A stretch of 31,309 nucleotides of DNA from Zygnema circumcarinatum SAG 698-1b (lineage: Eukaryota; Plantae; Zygnematophyceae). The DNA is taken from NCBI GenBank assembly GCA_037447605.1, contig JBBHKD010000032.1:1-31309 (forward strand), written 5' to 3'. Both the position numbers and the translations under genes were made by a program. The number at the start of each line of letters is the position of its first letter. The stretch's first letter is position 1. This document shows, in pieces, positions 1-10,329 of this stretch. The notes below the pieces were generated by a model, which was not told where the DNA came from, ran no database searches, and saw only the letters and a list, made by a program, of their open reading frames with translations.

Positions 1-104
1 CAGTTACGTATTGCTAGGGGTCGTGAGGGGAGACACTACTAGTGAAACAGCGGGGTTGGAGTGGGCTAGGGCCCCATGAGGAGGCTGAGTCCCAAGAGGG
101 GAGT
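1..104 (+). mobile_element. Probable 3' end of the internal region of an LTR retrotransposon (superfamily unresolved)
   Basis: Inferred only from its position upstream of a PPT-LTR junction. No recognisable RNase H, integrase or chromodomain residues in any frame. Confidence 0.35.
94..103 (+). other. Polypurine tract (PPT) candidate AAGAGGGGAG
   Basis: A 10-nt purine run separated by one T from TGTTAG. This is the established PPT / 1-3 nt / TG geometry at the start of a 3' LTR. Confidence 0.55.
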
Positions 105-725
105 TGTTAGTGTTAGTGTATGATAGTTGGAGCATTGTATGGCACACTAACTTGTTGTGAGTACTCGGTTGTAGAACATGAGGATCTACTAGGCGTGGTG
201 CTCTTAGATCTAGTAATGTCCCGATTACTCACGGCTTTGGTAAGTCTTGCCCTTGAGGGTAAGCAGCAATCTGAGCAGCTGGCAATGGGTATTCAGCAGC
301 GGAGGTGACACAAGTAAGGTAGTGACAGCACTTGCTTGTGATGAGTCGAGCGGCCTTGGTCGCACATGAGGACCTTGGCGACTCTGATTAATCGCTGACA
401 GCGCGAAAGCAGGCGCAAAAGTTCTTGGCCAGCGGAAGCGACATGGAAAGATGTTGGCAGCGAAGCGGAGTCACGCCCGTGGACCACACTAGCGATGTGG
501 GACGCGAGGATTGATGTGCGGCGAGATAATGGCCCGAGGCGAAAGCTAGCGAGAAAGGAAGCGCTGGCGAAAGCAGCGGAACGCGAGGGCGGATATGCGA
601 TCGCGACAAAAGAGCAAGAATTGGCGCCCTTGCGTAGGTTCACGAGGCAGCTAGCTGAGTATTCCCCGAGTGCGCCCCGCTCCGGGCTTCGATTACATGG
701 GTTTACAATAAGCGGGGACCCGCGG

Positions 726-743
726 CGTGACATGTGTGTCACG
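726..743. other. Dyad CGTGACA-tgtg-TGTCACG
   Basis: Perfect 7-bp inverted repeat with a 4-nt spacer, about 15 nt upstream of the TATA-like box. Confidence 0.7.
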
Positions 744-758
744 TCCGCAGGGCTCCTC

Positions 759-765
759 TATATAT
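759..765 (+). promoter_or_regulatory. TATA-like box (CTCCTC-TATATAT) of the putative LTR promoter
   Basis: Motif and position about 60% of the way into the candidate LTR. No expression evidence. Confidence 0.35.
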
Positions 766-906
766 CGCGTAGTTTTATCATGGGAGTAACCCACCTACAC
801 TACTGTCATAGTCACCGGGTCTTTTCCGAGGAACACTGCTGCGTCTTTAGCTGAGCTACTTACAGTAATGGAAGTGAGGTAGTGAGAAGTAGAGGGACTG
901 AAGAGG

Positions 907-940
907 TGGGAGAGCACTGTTATTGGGAGAGCAGTTTTAT
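907..940 (+). repeat. 17-bp tandem duplication (TGGGAGAGCACTGTTAT / TGGGAGAGCAGTTTTAT)
   Basis: Two adjacent copies, 15/17 identical. Confidence 0.8.
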
Positions 941-2139
941 TATACCAAAAAAGGAGTTTTAGAGCCGTGAGGCTTTCCATACTAACACTCTCATTATGAT
1001 TTCCGGTATTACTTTGTCTTGTAGCTTCGATGCAATTTGTTATGGTGAGTGGTAAGATAAAAGCTTTGAGTGTTTGAATGTCTTCATCCGTGGGAACTCA
1101 AGTTCCAATGGAGGGCGACACCCGAGGTGGCGCCGGAAGTGGGGAGCAGACCCCTGCTTCAACAAACGGAGTGGACATGTATAGGAACGCAACTTATTGC
1201 ACGTGTCACAAAAACGTCCATATCTGAATAGGGACAACGCTTAATTGACTCAAACTTTTTGTGCATACGGCGGACTCACTGTAAAGTGACGCTGAGAAAT
1301 TTCGGTGCAAAAGAATAAAAGACAAAAAAGTTAGGTATAACGGAGTGGACGTGTATAGGAACGCAACCCTGGCCATTGTCACAAAATCGCATCTGAATAG
1401 GGAGACGCTTAATTGAGCTCCCAAACTTTTTGTGCATACAGCGGACTATAGCCGAGGCGGCAAAGAATTCAGTTGCAAAGAGTAAAAGGAACCAAGAAAC
1501 GTTATATAACGGAGTGGGCGTGTATAGAGGCGCGACTTGTGCGTATGCTGGCTGCATCCCTATCTGAATAGGGAGGAGCAGCATTGACTCAAACTTTTGT
1601 GCATACGAAGCGGACTCGCCAGAAGTGACGCTTGAGAAATTTCGGTGCAAAAGAAGTAAAGAGGCAAAAAGTTATGTATAACGGGTAGGACATGTATAGG
1701 AGCATAACTTATTAAGCGTGTGCAGAAAGCGTCCATATCTGAGATAAGGACAACGCTTAGTGAGCTCAAACTTTTTGTGCCGCATACGGCGGACTCACTG
1801 TAAAGTGACGCTGAGAAATTTCGGTGCAAAAGAATAAAAGACAAAAAAGTTATGTATAACGGAGTGGACGTGTATAGGAACGCAACCTATTGCACGTGTC
1901 ACAAAAACGTCCATATCTGAATAGGGAGAACGCTTAATTGACTCAAACTTTTTGTGCATACGGCGGACTCACTAAAAAGTGACGCTGAGAAATTTCGGTG
2001 CAAAAGAATAATAGACAAAAAAGTTATGTATAACGGAGTGGACGTGTATAGGAACGCAACTTATTGCACGTGTCACAAAAACGTCCATATCTGAATAGGG
2101 ACAACGCTTAATTGACTCAAACTTTTTGTGCATACGGCG

Positions 2140-4250
2140 GACTCACTGTAGAGTGACGCTGAGAAATTTCGGTGCAAAAGAATAAAAGACAAAAAAGTTA
2201 TATATAACGGAGTGGACGTGTGTAGGAATGCAACCTATTGCACGTGTCACAAAAACGTCCATATCTGAATACGGAGAAAGCCAAATGGACTCAAACTTTT
2301 TTGTGCATACGACGGACACACACTTGACACACGTTGAGAAATTTCGGTGCACAAAAGTAAAAGAAAATAAAGTTATATATAACGGAGTGGACGTGTGTAG
2401 GACCGCAACCTATTGCACGTGTCACAAAAACGTCCATATCTGAATAGGGAGAACGACAAATCAATTCAATTTTTTTGTGCATACGGCGGACACACTGTAG
2501 CGTGACGCTCAGAAATTTCGGTGCAAAAAAGTAAAAGACAAAAAAGTAATTTATATCGGAGTGGACGTGTATAGGAACGCAACCTATTGCACGTGTCACA
2601 AAAACGTCCATATCTGAATAGGGAGAACGCTTAATTGACTCAAACTTTTTGTGCATACGGCGGACACACTGTAGAGTGACGCTGAGAATTTCGGTGCAAA
2701 AGAATAAAAGCCACAAAAGTTATGTATAACGGGTGTACACATGTATGAGAACATAACTTATTGCACGTGTCGCCAAAACGTCCACATATCTGAATAGAGG
2801 AGGAGCAGCTTAATGGACTCAAACTTTTTTGTGCATACGGCAGCGGACTCACTGTAAGAGTGACGCTGAAATTTCGGTGCAAAAGAATAAAAAGACAAAA
2901 AGTTATGTATAATAACGGGTGGACGTGTATAGGAGCGCAACCTATTGCACGTGTCACAAAAACGTCCATATCTGAATAGGGAGAACGCTTAATTGACTCA
3001 AACTTTTTTTGCATACGGCGGACTCACTGTAGAGTGACGCTGAGAAATTTCGGTGCAAAAGAGTAAAAGACAAAAAAGTTATGTATAACGGAGTGGACAT
3101 GTATAGGAACGCAACTTATTGCACGTGTCACAAAAACGTCCATATCTGAATAGGGACAACGCTTAATTGACGCAAACTTTTTGTGCATACGGCGGACTCA
3201 CTGTAGAGTGACGCTGAGAAATTTCAGTGCAAAAGAGTAAAAGACAAAAAAGTTATGTATAACGGAGTGGACATGTATAGGAACGCAACTTATTGCACGT
3301 GTCACAAAAACGTCCATATCTGAATAGGGACAACGCTTAATTGACTCAAACTTTTTGTGCATACGGCGGACTCACTGTAAAGTGACGCTGAGAAATTTCG
3401 GTGCAAAAGAATAAAAGACAAAAAAGTTAGGTATAACGGAGTGGACGTGTATAGGAACGCAACCTATTGCACGTGTCACAAAGAACGTCCATATCTGAAT
3501 AGGGAGAACGCTTAATTGACTCAAACTTTTTGTGCATACGGCGGACTCACTGTAAAGTGACGCTGAGAAATTTCGGTGCAAAAGAATAAAAGACAAAAAA
3601 GTTATGTATAACGGAGTGGACGTGTATAGGAACGCAACTTATTGCACGTGTCACAAAAACGTCCATATTTGAATAGGGAGAACGCCAAATGGACTCAAAC
3701 TTTTTGTGCATACGGCGGACTCACTGTAGAGTGACGCTGAGAAATTTCGGTGCAAAAGAATAAAAGACACAAAAGTTATATATAACGGAGTGGACGTGTG
3801 TAGGAATGCAACCTATTGCACGTGTCACAAAAACGTCCATATCGGAATACGGAGAAAGCCAAATGGACTCAAACTTTATTGTGCATACGACGGACACACA
3901 CTTGACACACGTTGAGAAATTTCGGTGCACAAAAGTAAAAGAAAATAAAGTTATATATAACGGGAGTGGACGTGTGTAGGACCGCAACCTATTGCACGTG
4001 TCACAAAAACGTCCATATCTGAATAGGGAGAACGACAAATCAATTCAATTTTTTTGTGCATACGGCGGACACACTGTGGCGCTCAGAAATTTCCGGTGCA
4101 AAAAAAGTAAAAGACAAAAAGTAATTTATATCCGGAGTGGACGTGTATAGGAGCGCCAACCTATTGCACGTGTCACAAGCACGATCCCATATCTGAATAG
4201 GAGGAGCAGCAAATTGACTCAAACTTTTTGTGCATACGGCGGACTCACTG
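2140..4250. repeat. Left 9-mer HOR segment with two marker blocks
   Basis: Marker motif at 2311 and 3889; spacing 1578 bp, about 9 monomers with noisy indels. Confidence 0.8.
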
Positions 4251-5639
4251 TAGAGTGACGCTGAGGAATTTCGGTGCAAAAGAGTAAAAGACAAAAACGT
4301 TATGTATAACGGAGTGGACGTGTATAGGAACGCAACTTATTGCACGTGTCACAAAAACGTCCATATCTGAATAGGGAGAACGCTTAATTGACTCAAACTT
4401 TTTGTGCATACGGCGGACTCACTGTAAAGTGACGCTGAGAAATTTCGGTGCAAAAGAATAAAAGACAAAAAAGTTATGTATAACGGAGTGGACGTGTATA
4501 GGAACGCAACCTATTGCACGTGTCACAAAAACGTCCATATCTGAATAGGGAGAACGCTTAATTGACTCAAACTTTTTGTGCATACGGCGGACTCACTGTA
4601 AAAGTGACGCTGACAAATTTCGGTGCAAAAGAGTAAAAGACAAAAAAGATAGGTATAACGGAGTGGACGGGTAGAGGAACGCAACCTATTGCACGTGTCA
4701 CAAAAACGTCCATATCTGAATAGGGAGAACGCTTAATTGACTCAAACTTTTTGTGCATACGGCGGACTCACTGTAAGAGTGACGATGACAAATTTCGGTG
4801 CAAAAGAGTAAAAGACTAAAAAGTTATGTATAACGGAGTGGACATGTATAGGAACGCAACCTATTGCACGTGTCACAAAACCGTCCATATCTGAATAGGG
4901 AGAACGCTTAATTGACTCAAACTTTTTGTGCATACGGCGGACTCACTGTAGAGTGACGCTGAGAAATTTCGGTGCAAAAGAGTAAAAGACAAAAAAGTTA
5001 TGTATAACGGAGTGGACATGTATAGGAGCGCAACTTATTGCACGTGTCACAAAAACGTCCATATCTGAATAGGAACATTTGAGGATGACTCAAACTTTTT
5101 GTGCATACGGCGGACTCACTGTAGAGTGACGCTGAAATTTCGGTGCAAGGTCAAAGACAAAAAAGTTATTTATAACGAATTGGACGCATGTATAGAGCAT
5201 AACTTATTGCACGTGTCACAAAAACGTCATATCTGAATATAGGGACAACGCTTAATTGACTCAAACTTTTTGTGCATACGGCGGACTCACTGTAAAGTGA
5301 CGCTGAGAAATTTCGGTGCAAAAGAATAAAAGACAAAAAAGTTATGTATAACGGAGTGGACGTGTATAGGAACGCAACCTATTGCACGTGTCACAAAAAC
5401 GTCCATATCTGAATAGGGAGAACGCTTAATTGACTCAAACTTTTTGTGCATACGGCGGACTCACTGGAGAGTGACGCTGAGAAATTTCGGTGCAAAAGAG
5501 TAAAAGACAAAAACGTTATGTATAACGGAGTGGACGTGTATAGGAACGCAACCTATTGCACGTGTCACAAAAACGTCCCTATCTGAATAGGGAGAACGCT
5601 TAATTGACTCAAACTTTTTGTGCATACGGCGGACTCACT

Positions 5640-8600
5640 GTAGAGTAACGCTGAGAAATTTCGGTGCACAAAACTAAAAGACAAAAAAGTTATGTATAAC
5701 GGAGTGGACGTGTATACGAACGCAGCCTATAACACGTGTCACAAAAACGTCCATATTTGAATAGGGAGAACGCCAAATGGACTCAAACGTTTTGTGCATA
5801 CGGCGGACACACAGTAGAGTGACGCTAAGAAATTTCGGAGCAAAAAAGTAAAAGACAAAAAGTTATATATATAACGGAGTGGACGTGTATAGGAACGCAA
5901 CCTATTGCACGTGTCACAAAAACGTCCATATCTGAATAGGGACAACGCTTAATTGACTCAAACTTTTTGTGCATACGGCGGACTCACTGTAGAGTGACGC
6001 TGAGAAATTTCGGTGCAAAAGAATAAAAGACAAAAAAGTTATGTATAACGGAGTGGACGTGTATAGGAACGCAACCTATTGCACGTGTCACAAAAACGTC
6101 CATATCTGAATAGGGAGAACGCCAAATGGACTCAAACGTTTTGTGCATACGGCGGACACACAGTAGAGTGACGCTAAGAAATTTCGGAGCAAAAAAGTAA
6201 AAGACAAAAAAGTTATATATAACGGAGTGGACGTGTGTAAGAACGCAACCTATTTCACGTGTCACAAAAACGTCCATATCTGAATAGGGAGAACGCCAAA
6301 TTGACTCAAACTTTTTGTGCGTACGGCGGACACACTGTAGCGTGACGCTAAGAAATTTTGGTGCAAAAAAATAAAATACAAAAATATTATATATAACGGA
6401 GTGGACGTGTATAGGAACGCAACCTATTGCACGTGTCACAAAAACGTCCATATTTGAATGGGGAGAACGTCAAATTGACTCAAACTTTTTGTGCATACGG
6501 CGGATTCACTGTAGAGTAATGCTAAAAAATTTCGGTGCACAAAATTAAAAGAAAAAAAAGTTAAATATAACGGAGTGGACGTGTATACGAACGCAGCCTA
6601 TAGCACGTGTCACAAAAACGTCCATATCTGAATAGGGAGAACGCCAAATGGACTCAAACGTTTTGTGCATACGGCGGACACACAGTAGAGTGACGCTAAG
6701 AAATTTCGGAGCAAAAAAGTAAAAGACAAAAAAGTTATATATAACGGAGTGGACGTGTGTAGGAACGCACCCTATTTCACGTGTCACAATAACGTCCATA
6801 TCTGAATAGGGAGAACGCCAAATTGACTCAAACTTTTTGTGCGTACGGCGGACACACTGTAGCGTGACGATAAGAAATATTGGTGCAAAAGAATAAAAGA
6901 CAAAAAAGTTATGTATAACGGAGTGGACGTGTATAGGAACGCAACTTTTTGCACGTGTCACAAAAACGTCCATATCTGAATAGGGAGAACGCTTAATTGA
7001 CTCAAACTTTTTGTGCATACGGCGGACTCACTGTAGAGTGACGCTGAGAAATTTCGGTGCAAAAGAATAAAAGACAAAAAAGTTATGTATAACGGAGTGG
7101 ACGTGTATAGGAACGCAACCTATTTCACGTGTCACAAAAACGTCCATATCTGAATAGGGAGAACGCCAAATGGACTCAATCTTTTTGTGCATACGGCGGA
7201 CACACAGTAGAGTGACGCTAAGAAATTTCGGAGCACAAAAGTAAAAGACAAAAAAGTTATATATAACGGAGTGGACGTGTATAGGAACGCAACTTATTGC
7301 ACGTGTCACAAAAACGTCCATATCTGAATACGGACAACGCTTAATTGACTCAAACTTTTTGTGCATACGGCGGTCACTGTAGAGTGACGCTGAGAAATTT
7401 CGGTGCAAAATTACAAGACAAAAAAGTTATGTATAACGGAGTGGACGTGTATAGGAACGCAACCTATTGCACGTGTCACAAAAACGTCCATATCTGAATA
7501 GGGAGAACGCTTAATTGACTCAAACTTTTTGTGCATACGGCGGACTCACTGTAGAGTGACGCTGAGAAATTTCGGTGCAAAAGAGTAAAAGACAAAAAAG
7601 TTATGTATAACGGAGTGGACATGTATAGGAACGCAACTTATTGCACGGGTCACAAAAACGTCCATATCTGAATAGGGAGAACGCTTAATTGACTCAAACT
7701 TTTTGTGCATACGGCGGACTCACTATAGAGTGACGCTGAGAAATTTCGGTGCAAAAGAATAAAAGACAAAAAAGTAATGTATAACGGAGTGGACGTGTAT
7801 AGGAACGCAACCTATTACACGTGTCACAAAAACGTCCATATCTGAATAGGGAGAACGCCAAATGGACTCAATCTTTTTGTGCATACGGCGGACTCACTGT
7901 AGAGTAACGCTGAGAAATTTCGGTGCACAAAACTAAAAGACAAAAAAGTTATGTATAACGGAGTGGACGTGTATACGAACGCAGCCTATAACACGTGTCA
8001 CAAAAACGTCCATATTTGAATAGGGAGAACGCCAAATGGACTCAAACGTTTTGTGCATACGGCGGACACACAGTAGAGTGACGCTGAGAAATTTCGGTGC
8101 AAAAGAATAAAAGACAAAAAAGTTATGTATAACGGAGTGGACGTGTATAGGAGCGCAACTTATTGCCGTGTGCAAAAGAAACGTCCATATCACGAGACTA
8201 GGGACAGCGGCAATTACGACCAAACTTTTTTATACACGAAGCGGATTTCCTTTGTAGAGTGACGCTGAGAAATTTCGGTGCAAAAGAATAAAAGACAAAA
8301 AAGTTATGTATAACGGAGTGGACGTGTATACGAACGCAGCCTATAGCACGTGTCACAAAAACGTCCATATTTGAATAGGGAGAACGCCAAATGGACTCAA
8401 ACGTTTTGTGCATACGGCGGACACACAGTAGAGTGACGCTAAGAAATTTCGGAGCAAAAAAGTAAAAGACAAAAAGTTATATATAACGGAGTGGACGTGT
8501 GTAAGAACGCAACCTATTTCACGTGTCACAAAAACGTCCATATCTGAATAGGGAGAACGCCAAATTGACTCAAACTTTTTGTGCGTACGGCGGACACACT

Positions 8601-10200
8601 GTAGCGTGACGCTAAGAAATTTTGGTGCAAAAAAATAAAATACAAAAATATTATATATAACGGAGTGGACGTGTATAGGAACGCAACCTATTGCACGTGT
8701 CACAAAAACGTCCATATTTGAATGGGGAGAACGTCAAATTGACTCAAACTTTTTGTGCATACGGCGGATTCACTGTAGAGTAATGCTAAAAAATTTCGGT
8801 GCACAAAATTAAAAGAAAAAAAAGTTAAATATAACGGAGTGGACGTGTATACGAACGCAGCCTATAGCACGTGTCACAAAAACGTCCATATCTGAATAGG
8901 GAGAACGCCAAATGGACTCAAACGTTTTGTGCATACGGCGGACACACAGTAGAGTGACGCTAAGAAATTTCGGAGCAAAAAAGTAAAAGACAAAAAAGTT
9001 ATATATAACGGAGTGGACGTGTGTAAGAACGCAACCTATTTCACGTGTCACAATAACGTCCATATCTGAATAGGGACAACGCTTAATTGACTCAAACTTT
9101 TTGTGCATACGGCGGACTCACTGTAGGGTGACGCTGAGAAATATTGGTGCAAAAGAATAAAAGACAAAAAAGTTATGTATAACGGAGTGGACGTGTATAG
9201 GAACGCAACTTTTTGCACGTGTCACAAAAACGTCCATATCTGAATAGGGAGAACGCTTAATTAACTCAAACTTTTTTTGTGCATACGGCGGACTCACATA
9301 GAGTGACGCTGAGAAATTTCGGTGCAAAAAATAAAAGAAAAAAAAGTTATGTATAACGGAGTGGACGTGTATAGGACCGCACAACCTATTGCACGTGTCA
9401 CAAAAACGTCCATATCTGAATAGGGACAACGCCAAATGGACTCAATCTTTTTGTGCATACGGCGGACACACAGTAGAGTGACTCTAAGAAATTTCGGAGG
9501 ACAAAAGTAAAAGACAAAAAAGTTATGTATAACGGAGTGGACGTGTATAGGAACGCAACCTATTGCACGTGTCACAAAAACGTCCATATCTGAATAGGGA
9601 GAACGCTTAATTAACTCAAACTTTTTGTGCATACGGCGGACTCACTGTAGAGTGACGCTGAGAAATTTCGGTGCAAAAGAGTAAAAGACAAAAAAGTTAT
9701 GTATAACGGAGTGGACATGTATAGGAGCGCAACTTATTGCACGTGTCACAAAAACGTCCATATCTGAATAGGGAGAACGCTTAATTGACTCAAACTTTTT
9801 GTGCATACGGCGGACTCACTGTAGAGTGACGCTGAGAAATTTCGGTGCAAAAGAGTAAAAGACAAAAAAGTTATGTATAACGGAGTGGACATGTATAGGA
9901 ACGCAACTTATTGCACGGGTCACAAAAACGTCCATATCTGAATAGGGAGAACGCTTAATTGACTCAAACTTTTTGTGCATACGGCGGACTCACTATAGAG
10001 TGACGCTGAGAAATTTCGGTGCAAAAGAATAAAAGACAAAAAAGTAATGTATAACGGAGTGGACGTGTATAGGAACGCAACCTATTACACGTGTCACAAA
10101 AACGTCCATATCTGAATAGGGAGAACGCCAAATGGACTCAATCTTTTTGTGCATACGGCGGACACACAGTAGAGTGACGCTAAGAAATTTCGGAGCACAA
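5640..10200. repeat. 13-mer tandem duplication (~2.26 kb x 2) rich in a second class of divergent monomers
   Basis: Private variants recur at offsets of 2259-2270 bp: GTAACGCT...GCACAAAACTAAAAG (5645/7904), GGATTCACTGTAGAGTAATGCTAAAAAAT (6502/8766), CAATAACGTCC (6789/9051), GCAACTTTTTGCACG (6941/9205), GCACGGGTCAC (~7644/9914). Confidence 0.85.
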
Positions 10201-10329
10201 AAGTAAAGACAAAAAAGTTATGTATAACGGAGTGGACATGTATAGGAACGCAACTTATTGCACGTGTCACAAAAACGTCCATATCTGAATACGGACAACG
10301 CTTAATTGACTCAAACTTTTTGTGCATAC

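Larger units (their letters stand above)
105..1164 (+). mobile_element. Candidate 3' LTR (~1060 bp) of an LTR retrotransposon
   Basis: Starts TGTTAG right after a PPT and ends TTCAACA exactly where satellite consensus begins, giving TGTT...AACA terminal inverted repeats. A GC-rich segment (~400-750), a TATA-like box (759-765) and a purine-rich tract (~868-915) follow in U3-R-U5-like order. The second LTR and TSD lie outside the window, so the call is unconfirmed. Confidence 0.6.

Noticed and set aside
75-110. CRM-type CR motif (frame 3 ...HEEAESQEGSC*) running through the PPT
   Set aside because: Only QEG resembles the motif, and the frame has stops at 15 and 24; insufficient to call a lineage.
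13-116. Telomere-like or G-quadruplex-like words (CTAGGGG, GGGCTAGGG, TGTTAGTGTTAG)
   Set aside because: There is no tandem telomeric tract, and the G-runs do not give four tracts with loops of 7 nt or less.
731-746. Similarity of flank GTGTCACGTCC to satellite GTGTCACAAAAACGTCC, suggesting the satellite derives from the LTR
   Set aside because: Only a 7-mer is shared with no further alignment; expected by chance.
120-854. ORFs 120..308 (+), 293..742 (-), 388..609 (-) and 495..854 (+)
   Set aside because: Overlapping frames in GC-rich sequence inside the candidate LTR; no gag, pol or other motif recognised.
737-1164. Solo LTR TGTCAC...CAACA of 428 bp
   Set aside because: Flanks do not form a TSD (ATGTG vs AACGG), and the PPT at 94-103 supports a start at 105.
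1143-1164. Helitron 3' end
   Set aside because: A hairpin is present, but the terminus is AACA, not CTRR.
1360-1790. Degenerate monomers near the junction as an old decayed array edge
   Set aside because: The first monomer (1165-1340) and 1800-2140 are near consensus, and the damage has the same AGCAGC/indel signature as internal noisy patches, so it is treated as probable sequencing error.
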